A DNA stretch of 64,000 nucleotides from Dehalococcoidia bacterium (GTDB taxonomy: Bacteria; Chloroflexota; Dehalococcoidia; Lucifugimonadales; JADFKI01): the NCBI GenBank assembly GCA_965203955.1, contig OZ241923.1:2888313-2952312 (forward strand). The letters are read 5' to 3'. The notes beneath the pieces were generated by a model, which had not been told where the DNA came from, made no database searches, and was given only the letters and a program-made list of their open reading frames with translations. This document shows positions 36,117-46,039 of this stretch, in pieces. The position numbers were made by a program, and so were the translations under genes. The stretch's first letter is position 1, and each line of letters opens with the position of its first letter.

Positions 36117-38294
36117 GTGCTCAGGTTATACAACACTCTGTCCAAGCGAATCGAAGAGGTGCGCCCGATAGAGCCCGGTATAGTCAAGATGTACACCTGC
36201 GGGCCTACGGTTTATCGGGATGCGCACATCGGAAATCTGCGCTCATACCTGATGGCCGACTGGATAAGAAGGGCGCTTGAACTCGACGACCTGAAAGTTC
36301 TCCACATCAAGAACATCACCGATGTTGGGCACATGCGTCAGGAAGTCTTGGAACAGGGTGGGGACAAGGTAATTGCCGCTGCCATAGCCGAAGGCAAAAC
36401 GCCCGCGCAGATAGCACAGTTTTACACTGATAGGTTCCTCAGCGACGAGCTAAAGCTGAATATCACGCCGGCGCAAGAATTTCCTAAAGCAACCGACCAT
36501 GTGCCGGAAATGCTGGAGATAACGGAGCGCCTTGTCGAGCGTGGGCTTGCATACGAGGTAGGCGGCAACGTTTACTTCGAAGTTGGCAAATTCAACAGGT
36601 ACGGTCAGCTGTCGGGAAATATCGCTGAGGGAGACCTGCTTGAAGCTGTGCGCGTTGAAGCCGATCCACTAAAGCGCGATCCGAGAGATTTTACGCTATG
36701 GAAAGCCGCGGAGCAGGGTAGAGAGCTGAAGTGGCCCAGTGTTTGGGGCGAAGGATTTCCGGGATGGCACATCGAGTGCTCGGCAATGTCGATCAAGTAT
36801 CTGGGGACCCAATTCGATATTCATACCGGCGGTGTGGACAACATTTTCCCGCATCATGAAGGTGAAATAGCTCAGAGCGAGGGCTATGCGGGAGAGCAGG
36901 TGGTTAACATCTGGACACACGGGCAACACCTGCTTGCCGACGGTGTGAAGATGGCGAAGTCCATGGGCAATTCATTCATCCTGTCAGACATTGAGGCTCA
37001 AGGTATCGACCCGCTTGCGTTCCGCTATCTTTGCCTGACAGCCCAGTATGATTCGCGCCTGAACTTCACGTTTACTTCCCTTAAGGCCGCGCAGCGAGCG
37101 TTGCTGAGGCTGCGCAATATGGTCTGGCATTGGAATCGCCAGGCAAACGGGAGTTCAGCGGACAGCGAATCAATTACCCGATGGCAGCGTCGCTTCAAGG
37201 ACCTCGTTGATGACAACCTGAATTTGCCGGGCGCCGTTGCTCTTACTTGGGAATTGGCTCACTCGGACGCACCGCCTTCGGTCAAGCTGAACCTGCTGTC
37301 TTACTTTGACAGGGTTCTGGGACTGAACATTGCGAGCGTAATCGACGATTACTCGGTGCCTAATGAGGTCGCAGAAGAGGTCTCGCATCGCACCAGACAC
37401 CGTGGAAGAAAGGACTACGCACGCGCAGATTCGATTCGCTCCGATCTAATGGACTCGGGGTTCGTCATCCAAGACGGCGGTGCCGCTACCTTCGTGCGCC
37501 CCAAGACGGACTGGGAGATGCGACAAGAACGCTGGCATACCTACTCTTCTGAGGCTGAAGTGGAGTCTCTCGTTGGCGCTCCCGACGGGGTTGACGTTTC
37601 CGTGGGGATCGTGGCGTGCAATTATCTCGGCGACGTGAAGCGTTGCGTCAAAAGCGCATTCGAGTGGCTTGGTGACCGCAGCGCAGAGGTTGTGGTGGTT
37701 GACAACGGCTCAACTGACGGCACGGATGAGTGGCTCGAAGAGGCCGCTGCCGAAGATGACAGACTTCGCGTGATTCATATCGACCATCCTCTAGGGGAAG
37801 GATCAGCCAAGAGAATTCTACTGAAGCAATGCGTTGGTAGGACCGTCGTGATGGTGGATACTAGTGTGGAGATTGCGGGAGATATATTCGGTCCAATTGA
37901 GCTCGCACTTGAAGATGAAACCGTCGGGGTGGCCGGACCATTCGGTCTCCGTACAACGGACCTGCATCACTTCCACGATGGTGAGGGTGAGAGTGGGGAT
38001 ATGGATGCGATGCAAGCCTACTGTTTTGCCTTCCGGCGGTCACGATTGAGGGAGGTAGGTTTGCCCAGGCGGGCGTTCCGCTTCTATAGGAACCTTGATC
38101 TCGACTTTAGTTTCCAATTCAAGGCGCGAGGGTATAGAATAGTTGCAGATCCCGACCTGCCACTCGGACAGCATGAGCATCGGGTATGGTCGGAACTCGG
38201 AGAGGCTGAACGCGACGAATTGAGCCGCAAGAACTACGGGCGGTTCCTCGACAAGTGGGGCGATCGGCCAGATCTATTGACCTGTAACCAGTAG
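36117..38294 (+). CDS. cysS: Cysteine--tRNA ligase fused to a C-terminal GT2-family glycosyltransferase domain
   Basis: Residues 1-~470 are a complete class I CysRS: CGPTVY, HIGN, WHIEC, HHEGE, KMAKS, and a C-terminal KDYARADSIRSDL helix. Residues ~492-725 (nt 37590-38294) read VSVGIVACN...VVVDNGSTDGT...MVDTSV...NLDLDFSFQFKARGYRI, which is GT2-like. Confidence 0.88.
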   Translation: MLRLYNTLSKRIEEVRPIEPGIVKMYTCGPTVYRDAHIGNLRSYLMADWIRRALELDDLKVLHIKNITDVGHMRQEVLEQGGDKVIAAAIAEGKTPAQIAQFYTDRFLSDELKLNITPAQEFPKATDHVPEMLEITERLVERGLAYEVGGNVYFEVGKFNRYGQLSGNIAEGDLLEAVRVEADPLKRDPRDFTLWKAAEQGRELKWPSVWGEGFPGWHIECSAMSIKYLGTQFDIHTGGVDNIFPHHEGEIAQSEGYAGEQVVNIWTHGQHLLADGVKMAKSMGNSFILSDIEAQGIDPLAFRYLCLTAQYDSRLNFTFTSLKAAQRALLRLRNMVWHWNRQANGSSADSESITRWQRRFKDLVDDNLNLPGAVALTWELAHSDAPPSVKLNLLSYFDRVLGLNIASVIDDYSVPNEVAEEVSHRTRHRGRKDYARADSIRSDLMDSGFVIQDGGAATFVRPKTDWEMRQERWHTYSSEAEVESLVGAPDGVDVSVGIVACNYLGDVKRCVKSAFEWLGDRSAEVVVVDNGSTDGTDEWLEEAAAEDDRLRVIHIDHPLGEGSAKRILLKQCVGRTVVMVDTSVEIAGDIFGPIELALEDETVGVAGPFGLRTTDLHHFHDGEGESGDMDAMQAYCFAFRRSRLREVGLPRRAFRFYRNLDLDFSFQFKARGYRIVADPDLPLGQHEHRVWSELGEAERDELSRKNYGRFLDKWGDRPDLLTCNQ

Positions 38295-38336
38295 TGGGAC
38301 AAATTTTACTCAGAATCGAATTTCAGAAACTGGCGG

Positions 38337-38361
38337 CCCCGTAATTCGGGGTCGTTTTTTT
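38337..38361 (+). terminator. Intrinsic terminator after the cysS fusion gene
   Basis: CCCCG-taatt-CGGGG stem followed by TCGTTTTTTT. Confidence 0.6.
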
Positions 38362-38394
38362 GCGCGAAAATGTATCAAGCTATTAAACTGAGGA

Positions 38395-39441
38395 GTGCAA
38401 TTGCCTGAATTCGCCCAAACCATCCCGGGGCTGTGGATACAACTTCTAGCAGCTGCCGGGTTCATTCTACTCGCCTCCAATTTCCTTGCTAAATCTGCCG
38501 ATATTATCGCACTGCGAACAGGCTTGGGACGCTCGTTAATCGGCGTAGTGCTCTTGGCTACAGCGACTTCACTACCGGAGTTGGGCACCGGTGTCAGCGC
38601 GATTGCCATCGTGGACAACCCGGACCTGGCAGTCGGCGACGCTTTCGGCAGCAACCTGTTCAATCTCTTAATCATTGGGCTGCTCGAACTGTTCTGGCGC
38701 GGCAACGGAGCGCCGATACTTGACGCCGTGGGAACGACTTCGGTGTTCGTGGGCATTATGGGCATGCTGGTTATATCGACAGCGGGCGTGGCGATTCTCT
38801 TTCATCAATCGTTGCCAGGCGGCTCATTCTCAGGATGGTCCGTCAGCCCGATTACCGTAATACTGGCTGCTATCTTCCTATTTTCGATGTACTTGATCTA
38901 CCGGGTATCTCAGAGCGCCAAGCATGCCGAATCCACTGACGAAAGCTACGAATCGGAAAGTTTGCTTCGCGCCAGCGTAACCTATGCCTTTGCCGCGATA
39001 GTCATAATCGGGGCCGCCGTATGGCTGGCGCGCACCGGTGAGGGAATAGCGCACGCCATGCACTGGGAGGCGAGCTTCGTGGGAACGCAGTTTCTCGCGT
39101 TAAGCACATCCATGCCGGAGCTGGCGGCGTCCTTGGCGGCTATCCGCATTGCCGCGCCGGAACTGGCGATAAGTAATGTGCTGGGCAGCAACCTGTTCAA
39201 CATGGGCTTTATTCTCTCCATTGACGACATTGCGCTTGTGGGCGAACCTCTCTGGTCTTCGATTTCCTCGATGCACTTGGCGACCGCTATGTTCGCCGTA
39301 ATTATGACCTGCGTGGTCTTGGTCGGGCTGATGCAGAGTAACCGCAGGCGGCGGCCGTTCTCGTTCATTACATACGAATCGGCGGCTCTGATCGCGCTCT
39401 ACATATTTGCCAGCATCTATGTGTTCAGGTTCGCGACTTGA
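38395..39441 (+). CDS. Na+/Ca2+ exchanger family (CaCA, YrbG-like) membrane protein
   Basis: Two alpha-repeat motifs (GDAFGSNLFNLL and SNVLGSNLFNMG) and about 10 TM helices. The start could instead be the TTG at 38401. Confidence 0.85.
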   Translation: MQLPEFAQTIPGLWIQLLAAAGFILLASNFLAKSADIIALRTGLGRSLIGVVLLATATSLPELGTGVSAIAIVDNPDLAVGDAFGSNLFNLLIIGLLELFWRGNGAPILDAVGTTSVFVGIMGMLVISTAGVAILFHQSLPGGSFSGWSVSPITVILAAIFLFSMYLIYRVSQSAKHAESTDESYESESLLRASVTYAFAAIVIIGAAVWLARTGEGIAHAMHWEASFVGTQFLALSTSMPELAASLAAIRIAAPELAISNVLGSNLFNMGFILSIDDIALVGEPLWSSISSMHLATAMFAVIMTCVVLVGLMQSNRRRRPFSFITYESAALIALYIFASIYVFRFAT

Positions 39442-39499
39442 CACACGCAATCAGCGCGAATACATTACCCGCAGAATATTGGCTAAGAAGGAGAATGCG

Positions 39500-39820
39500 A
39501 TGTTCTTTGAATTAAGAGAGTACCGGACTCAGCCGGGACAGCGAGAAAATTGGGTCAGGTTCATGGAAGAGACCATTATTCCCTTCCAGACCGGTAAGGG
39601 CATGGTCATAGTTGGCAGTTTCGTGGGCGAAGAGGAAGACGATCTGTATATCTGGGTTCGTCGCTTTGAAAGTGAAGCACAGCGCGAGAGACTTTACGAG
39701 GCTGTGTACGAAAGCGATACCTGGAAGAACGACATTGCGCCCGCCATTCCTGATATGATGCAGCGCGACAAGATAGTTGTCAGGCGTATTGAATCCACGC
39801 CGCTATCAGTGATTCATTAA
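39500..39820 (+). CDS. NIPSNAP family protein (second copy)
   Basis: MFFELREYRTQPG... The start at 39500 follows AAGGAG. Confidence 0.72.
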   Translation: MFFELREYRTQPGQRENWVRFMEETIIPFQTGKGMVIVGSFVGEEEDDLYIWVRRFESEAQRERLYEAVYESDTWKNDIAPAIPDMMQRDKIVVRRIESTPLSVIH

Positions 39821-39857
39821 CCGAATTCAAGCTTCGGTATCCGCATGGCAGGGCGAG

Positions 39858-41399
39858 ATGGCAGTCGTAAGCGGAAAGCCAGCGCTCGTCCTGGTTAATG
39901 CGAATGTCTTGACTCTCGAATCATCCACACCGCGCGCGGACACTGTAGTTGTAAACGATGACCGGATCACCTGGGTAGGTGATCATTTACAGGTCTCGCC
40001 TTCGATAGCAGCCGACGCCACAGTCTTCGACTGCGGTGGCCAGACAGTCATTCCCGGATTCATAGACGCGCATTGTCACATTCTTGCCTATGCCGCAAGT
40101 TTGGAAGCGGTTAACTGCTCGTCACCTGATGCGTCTTCAATTGGAGACATTATCCGGGAAATTAGGCATCGGGCGAGTGTAACACCATTCGGCGAGTGGA
40201 TACGCGCCGCCGGCTACAGCGAATTCGACCTGCGAGAGAAGCGGCATCCAACGCGCCAAGATTTGGACATCGCTTCGCGGCACCATCCTGTTCGCCTCAA
40301 CCACCGCTCCGGACACGCCTGCGTACTGAATAGCCTTGCGCTGGAGCGAGTCGGCATTGCCTCCGACTTCGAAGAGCCGAAGGGCGGCACAGTAGTGCGA
40401 GACTTGGCTACTGGAGAGCCGAACGGCCTGCTGCTGGAAATGGACTCCTGGCTCGAATATCGGATTCCTCTGCTGGACGAGTTCAGCTTGCGGAAAGCGG
40501 TAGGTGAAGCAAGCCGTCGGTTCGTTTCGCAGGGTGTGACTTCAGTTGCGGACGCGACAGCGTCCAACTCCTTTGAGAGATGGAGCCTACTCAGGCGATT
40601 CACGGCTGCTGGCGATTTCACTCCGGCCCTCCATATAATGCCTGGTTATGGACGGCTCGCGGAGTTCGAAGAATCGGGACTGTTCTACGGCCACAGTGAC
40701 GACTTGTCAAAGCTGGGACACGCAAAGTTAATGCTGTCGCTCACCAGCGGCAGACTCGTCCCTGACCCAGAGACGCTGCGGAGATCAGTTGCGGAGGCTC
40801 ACGACCGGTATTACCCTGTGGCGATTCATGCGGTTGAAGCGGCTGCAGTGACTGCCGCTGCCGAGGCGCTCGCGGCAAACCGGACGTGCGGCTTGCGGGA
40901 CCGCATTGAACACGCATCGGAGTGTCCGCCCGATGCACTGGAGGCGATGCTGAAGGCGCAGCCAGTGGTTGTGACGCAGCCAGGTTTTCTGCGTGAAAGT
41001 GGTGACAAGTATCTTGCGGAGTTCGGCGATGACGCGCGCTGGCTCTATCGATTCAAGACACTTATAGACAGCGGCACTGTTCTCGCTGCGTCGTCAGATG
41101 CCCCGGTGACAGCCCCAAATCCGCTATTAGGCATGCATGCCGCGGTTGCTCGTCAGTCCAATTCTGGAGCGACCGTTGGTCCCAATGAGAAACTTACGGC
41201 AAAGCAGGCATTGATCATGCACACCCGGAACGCAGCCTACGCGGTCGGCAGAGAGAAAGAGATTGGAACTATTGCCGTCGGCAAGAGGGCAGACCTGGCT
41301 GTGTTGAGCCACGACCCGACGCAACTGGAGCCTGATGCACTCTTGGGAGTGTCAGTGACCGCGACTATAATCAACGGAGAGGTCGTCTGGAGTGAGTAG
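39858..41399 (+). CDS. Amidohydrolase-3 family (YtcJ-like) metal-dependent hydrolase
   Basis: PGFIDAHCH motif, a C-terminal SSDAPV block, and GKRADLAVL. Confidence 0.82.
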   Translation: MAVVSGKPALVLVNANVLTLESSTPRADTVVVNDDRITWVGDHLQVSPSIAADATVFDCGGQTVIPGFIDAHCHILAYAASLEAVNCSSPDASSIGDIIREIRHRASVTPFGEWIRAAGYSEFDLREKRHPTRQDLDIASRHHPVRLNHRSGHACVLNSLALERVGIASDFEEPKGGTVVRDLATGEPNGLLLEMDSWLEYRIPLLDEFSLRKAVGEASRRFVSQGVTSVADATASNSFERWSLLRRFTAAGDFTPALHIMPGYGRLAEFEESGLFYGHSDDLSKLGHAKLMLSLTSGRLVPDPETLRRSVAEAHDRYYPVAIHAVEAAAVTAAAEALAANRTCGLRDRIEHASECPPDALEAMLKAQPVVVTQPGFLRESGDKYLAEFGDDARWLYRFKTLIDSGTVLAASSDAPVTAPNPLLGMHAAVARQSNSGATVGPNEKLTAKQALIMHTRNAAYAVGREKEIGTIAVGKRADLAVLSHDPTQLEPDALLGVSVTATIINGEVVWSE

Positions 41400-41413
41400 G
41401 GCGCACAGCCCGT

Positions 41414-42379
41414 TCAGTTACGTCTCACCTTGACGTGGCTTACCAGCTCCTCCAATGAGTCACGAGAGGGGGACGGAGGCAAGCTCCCCAAGTCCTCTAG
41501 CGCCTTTTCGCAGAACGCATTAGCGAAGGCGTAAGATTCTTCAAGAACTGCATCATCCTGAATTATGCCCACAACTTCTCGCATCAGGCATTCGTCGTCA
41601 GGATGCGCCAGCGCCTGTTGAACGGCATCACAACAGGACTTCTGCTTCATTGCGACTAGAGTCGGAAGGGTGACCACACCATTTGCGAGGTCGCTCCCTA
41701 TAGGCTTTCCGATCTCTTCCTCGTTGCCATCGAAATCAAGGATGTCATCAACGACCTGGAATGCCATGCCTAGATTGTGCCCGTAGCTGCGTAACGCCTC
41801 AGAGCAGGCTTCCGGCGCGCCGCTGAGAACGGCTCCTGATTCTGCTGCGGTAGTGAAGAGCGAGGCTGTCTTGTTGTAGATGCGCTCTAGGTATCCGTCC
41901 ATCGACTGATCCGGATTGTAAGTCTCTGCCATCTCCTGCAATTCGCCGCTTGAAAGCTCCATTATGGTTTCGGCAAAGCGCCGAATAACACGGATATTGC
42001 CCGTGTCGCAGACGAGCGTTGCGGAGGCCGCGAATATATAGTCGCCGGCGAGCACGGCGGCCTTCGGACCCCAGAGGCTGCTGATTGTCATCTTGCCGCG
42101 TCGAAGTGCGGAGCCGTCCACCGTATCGTCGTGGATGAGCGACGCGATGTGCAGAAGCTCAACGCCCGTTGCCATCTTTTCGGTAAGGTGCTCGTCGTGC
42201 GGGTAAAAGTTCGACGCGAGCAGCGTAATCGCGGGCCTGATGTTCTTCCCCGGTGTTGAGAACGTGTGGTCGAGCAGTTGAGCAAGGAATGGGTGCTTTC
42301 TTTCTGCCATTTCGGTCAGAGAAGCGTTCACTTTTGCGAGGCGTTCCCGGACCGGCTCATAAAACGATGCAGACTGCAC
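41414..42379 (-). CDS. Polyprenyl diphosphate synthase (long-chain trans-prenyltransferase)
   Basis: First motif IHDDTVDGSALRRG and second motif FQVVDDILDF. Confidence 0.9.
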   Translation of the reverse strand: MQSASFYEPVRERLAKVNASLTEMAERKHPFLAQLLDHTFSTPGKNIRPAITLLASNFYPHDEHLTEKMATGVELLHIASLIHDDTVDGSALRRGKMTISSLWGPKAAVLAGDYIFAASATLVCDTGNIRVIRRFAETIMELSSGELQEMAETYNPDQSMDGYLERIYNKTASLFTTAAESGAVLSGAPEACSEALRSYGHNLGMAFQVVDDILDFDGNEEEIGKPIGSDLANGVVTLPTLVAMKQKSCCDAVQQALAHPDDECLMREVVGIIQDDAVLEESYAFANAFCEKALEDLGSLPPSPSRDSLEELVSHVKVRRN

Positions 42380-42405
42380 TCGATGTAGTTCCTTCTTCTC
42401 GCTTC

Positions 42406-44073
42406 CTATTCGTTAAGGCGCTGCTCTTCAGCCGCAATTACATCTTCATCCAGTTTCTGGAACAATGGAGTTGGCCTCTGCAATTGCTGGCCCGGTTTCA
42501 TTGCATCAGGCTGCCAGGACCAGCCCTTCTCCTCGACAATTCCATCGAAGCCGAGCATTGCATGCAACTTCTGAGAGCTGAATGGCAGGAATGGACAAAG
42601 GGTGGTCTTTAGGCAGTTAATGACTGAAGCGGTAGTCCAGAGAGTCTGCGCGGCGTCCTCCTTGTCTTGCCGAACGGCGCGCCACGGCTCCTTCTGATCT
42701 AGGTATCGGTTCGCTGCCTGCGCCAGAGCCATCGAGGACTGCAACCCCTGGCGCAGCCTGACGGACTCCAGGTACGACCCCACCTCATCGAATCTACGCT
42801 GCGCCTCGCTGAGTAGTTCCTTGCTCACTTCGTCAAGTTCACCCGGTTCCGGCAGCACGCCTTCAAAGTTGCGGTTTAGCATAGATAGCACGCGGTGCAC
42901 CAGATTGCCGTAAGTCGCCACCAGTTCGTCGTTATTCCGCCGCACATACTCGCGCCATGAGAAGTCTGAATCTGAAGTCTCCGGTAAATTGGCGGCAATT
43001 ACATAGCGAAGTGGGTCCGGTTCGTAGCGGTCAAGATAATCCGGCAGCCAGACCGCCCAGTTGCGGCTGGTGGAGAGCTTGAAGCCTTCAAGGTTTAGGT
43101 ACTCGTTGGCAGGCACGTCGTATGGCAGTTTCAGGCCGCCGTATCCGAGCAGCATCGCAGGCCAGATGACTGTATGGAACGGTATGTTGTCCTTGCCCAT
43201 GAAGTAATACGCGCGGCTGCCGTCCTCCCAGAATGGCTTCCAAGCTTCAGGCGTTCCGTTGTTGTGCGCCCATTCGATTGACGCGGACAGGTACCCGATG
43301 ACCGCCTCGAACCAAACGTATATTCGCTTGTCCTCGTATCCATCCACGGGAAGCGGGACGCCCCACTCAATGTCACGCGTAATGGCGCGGTCATGCAGGC
43401 CGCCTTCAAGATAGCCGATGGTGAAGTTACGCACATTCGGACGCCAGTGTTCCTGCTCCCGCACCCACTCCAGGAGCTGGTCCTGGAACGCACTGAGCTT
43501 CAGGAAGAAGTGCTCGGTTTCCCTGAACTCCGGCTCGCTGCCGCAGATCCTGCAGGACATGCGGAGCAAGTCCTTGGGGTCGAGTGTTCGACCACAATTG
43601 TCGCACTGGTCGCCTCGTGCGCCATCAAAGCTGCAATGTGGGCAGGTGCCTTCGACGTAACGGTCTGCGAGAAAGCGACTCTCATTTTCGCAGAATGGCT
43701 GAACCATCGTGTCCTTGTAAATATAGCCACGCTCCAGCAGCCTGCTGAATATGTCCTGTGACACGTCGGCATGGTTATCAGTGTGCGTCGTAGTGAAGAG
43801 GTCAAAGCTGATCCCCAGCCGTTCCCAGCTGTCGAGAAACTCGGCCTGATACTTGCTGAAGACTTCTTCAGGGGTGATTCCCCGCTCCTCAGCGGTCAGG
43901 GTGACCGGCGTGCCGTGAGCATCGCTGCCCGACACCATCAGCACGTCGTTACCTTTTAGCCGATGATAGCGAGCGAAAATGTCGGCAGGCAGATATGTTC
44001 CCGCCACATGACCTATGTGAATGGAGCCGTTCGCGTAAGGCCAGGCGACGGCTGCTAGGATTCGTTCTGGCAT
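42406..44073 (-). CDS. metG: Methionine--tRNA ligase
   Basis: PYANGSIHIGH, a CPHC...CDNCG zinc knuckle, and KLSTSR (KMSKS-like). Confidence 0.95.
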   Translation of the reverse strand: MPERILAAVAWPYANGSIHIGHVAGTYLPADIFARYHRLKGNDVLMVSGSDAHGTPVTLTAEERGITPEEVFSKYQAEFLDSWERLGISFDLFTTTHTDNHADVSQDIFSRLLERGYIYKDTMVQPFCENESRFLADRYVEGTCPHCSFDGARGDQCDNCGRTLDPKDLLRMSCRICGSEPEFRETEHFFLKLSAFQDQLLEWVREQEHWRPNVRNFTIGYLEGGLHDRAITRDIEWGVPLPVDGYEDKRIYVWFEAVIGYLSASIEWAHNNGTPEAWKPFWEDGSRAYYFMGKDNIPFHTVIWPAMLLGYGGLKLPYDVPANEYLNLEGFKLSTSRNWAVWLPDYLDRYEPDPLRYVIAANLPETSDSDFSWREYVRRNNDELVATYGNLVHRVLSMLNRNFEGVLPEPGELDEVSKELLSEAQRRFDEVGSYLESVRLRQGLQSSMALAQAANRYLDQKEPWRAVRQDKEDAAQTLWTTASVINCLKTTLCPFLPFSSQKLHAMLGFDGIVEEKGWSWQPDAMKPGQQLQRPTPLFQKLDEDVIAAEEQRLNE

Positions 44074-44142
44074 TGTTGCTCACATTGCGTATTGCGCTTA
44101 TTGCCGCGAGCCATGATAACACAAGGCATTGAAGCAGGGCAC

Positions 44143-45030
44143 TTATTCGGAGGCTGCGTCAGAAGCTTTTTGCTCGCCTGCGATCCACATGCGATATACT
44201 TCTCTTCTCGACAGCCCGGTAACTGCGGTGACATGCGAAACGGCATGCCTGGCTCCTGTGCCTTCCAGTCGCATCTCGCCAAGCAGTGAGGATGCCAGTG
44301 CCACTAACTCGGTGCCGTTGTCATTCTCAACCGGAACGCCTTCGAGTACCAGAGTGAACTCTCCTCGGGGCTTATCGAAGTGCGCCAGCGCTTCGGAAAC
44401 ACTGCCACGGAATACTTCCTCGTGCAGCTTAGTCATCTCCCTGCAGACAGCGAGACGCCTGTCTCTCAGTATTGTAAGCACATCCTGCAGGGATTGCCTC
44501 AGCCGATGGGGTGTCTCCAGCGCAACGATTGGATGCCCCTCCCGTCGCAGAGTATTCAGGACTCTCCTACGCTCGCCACTTCTTCTTGGGAGAAACCCGA
44601 GATATATGAAGGCTTCGTCAACAAGCCCGGATACGGCCACGGCGGACGTTACGGCAGACGCGCCTGGAACTACGACAACCGGAATGCCGGCGTCTGCCGC
44701 AGCATTCACAAGGGCCTGCCCGGGATCGTTAATGCCCGGCGTGCCGGCGTCAGAAACCAGCGCGACATCCGCCTCTCGCAGAACGGACAGCATCTCCGGC
44801 ACTCGAGAGGATTGGTTATGCTCATTGAAGCTTGTCAGACGCGTGTGTATGTCGTAATGGCTCAGTAGTCTGCGGGTAACCCTTGTGTCCTCCGCGGCAA
44901 TCAGTTCTACTTCCCGCAGCACACGCAGCGCACGCAGCGTAATGTCTTCGAGATTGCCTATGGGCGTTGCAACAATGTGGAGCGTAGGCATTCTGGTCCT
45001 GCCAGCCGACACTTTGGCGTTATGCGGCAA
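44143..45030 (-). CDS. rsmI: 16S rRNA (cytidine1402-2'-O)-methyltransferase
   Basis: LHIVATPIGNLEDITLRALRVL and DAGTPGINDPG blocks. The start may be at 44991. Confidence 0.9.
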   Translation of the reverse strand: MPHNAKVSAGRTRMPTLHIVATPIGNLEDITLRALRVLREVELIAAEDTRVTRRLLSHYDIHTRLTSFNEHNQSSRVPEMLSVLREADVALVSDAGTPGINDPGQALVNAAADAGIPVVVVPGASAVTSAVAVSGLVDEAFIYLGFLPRRSGERRRVLNTLRREGHPIVALETPHRLRQSLQDVLTILRDRRLAVCREMTKLHEEVFRGSVSEALAHFDKPRGEFTLVLEGVPVENDNGTELVALASSLLGEMRLEGTGARHAVSHVTAVTGLSRREVYRMWIAGEQKASDAASE

Positions 45031-45037
45031 TGGAATA

Positions 45038-45057
45038 GGGCAGCCCGAAGGCTGCCC
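45038..45057 (-). other. Stable 8 bp hairpin with a UUCG tetraloop in an intergenic spacer
   Basis: The minus-strand RNA is GGGCAGCC-UUCG-GGCUGCCC, with no clean U-tract after it. Confidence 0.4.
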
Positions 45058-45084
45058 AAAATAGCATTAGTCCAAGAGTCAAAC

Positions 45085-45960
45085 CTATTCGAGCGCGCTT
45101 GCGGTGCCGACGATACAAACGGTGCCGTCAGGCTTCTCCATCCATATCGCAACGTTTGCACGGGTGCTGCCGTTTTCCTTCACCCTATCGGTGATGACTC
45201 CTCGCGCAATGACGTGGTCCTCGGGCCAAACGATGTTCGTGAACTTGATGTCCAGCGTGCCCCCTTCGTACCAGCCCTTGCCGAAACGCCTGTCCATCAT
45301 GTCGCCAATGTACGACATCGTCATCCTACCGCCGACTACCACCTCTTCGAACCCAAGTTCCTCGGCGGCTTGCCTATCGGTATGGTAGTTCTTGTTGCCG
45401 TGGAAAAACAGCCCGCACATCTCAAGCGTTATATCGCTCTCCACCGGGCTTATCGCTTCGCCTTCCGGCACTTGGAACTTGCGAATTCCTTCCTTCTTCT
45501 TGGGGTCGCGCAGCTTGACCTTGCCCAGATGGCTCTTGCCAAGCAGGTAGCTCTGATGGTGTGTGCCCCGCGCCATCAACTCGCCGTTTTCGGACCACAG
45601 GTCAACGACCTGTTTGACGACGGTTCGATCACGCCAGTCGTAGATGTCGGCAACCGTTGAAGTCCTCTTATAGCTCTCAGCGGGATACATCGGCTGGTGC
45701 AGTTCCCATTCCTGGCGAATCCACAGGTTGCCGAAATTGTCCTTGAAGCCTGCCCCGCTAAAGCCACCATCCACATTGGTCAGAATCATCGATGGGACAA
45801 CCGGCTTACCGTAGGGTGAAGCCTCGGTATAGAAGGACGAATCAACCTCAAGGCCCTCATAGTAGTGATGCAGGATTTCGTCGGTCGCCGTGAATTCGTT
45901 GCTTCCCAGATCCTTGCCAACAAATGCCTCTTCCGGATCACGGGTCTGTTGCTGGGTCAT
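45085..45960 (-). CDS. Double hot-dog fold (MaoC-like) enoyl-CoA hydratase/dehydratase
   Basis: An N-terminal FAS1-like hot-dog domain and a C-terminal MaoC block (HTDRQAAEELGFEEVVVGG). Confidence 0.78.
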   Translation of the reverse strand: MTQQQTRDPEEAFVGKDLGSNEFTATDEILHHYYEGLEVDSSFYTEASPYGKPVVPSMILTNVDGGFSGAGFKDNFGNLWIRQEWELHQPMYPAESYKRTSTVADIYDWRDRTVVKQVVDLWSENGELMARGTHHQSYLLGKSHLGKVKLRDPKKKEGIRKFQVPEGEAISPVESDITLEMCGLFFHGNKNYHTDRQAAEELGFEEVVVGGRMTMSYIGDMMDRRFGKGWYEGGTLDIKFTNIVWPEDHVIARGVITDRVKENGSTRANVAIWMEKPDGTVCIVGTASALE

Positions 45961-46039
45961 TATACTCTCCTTGGTGATTTGGCGGGTGATGCCATTGGCG
46001 CTATTTTACGCTACTCGTCGCAATTCGCAACTACCGGTT

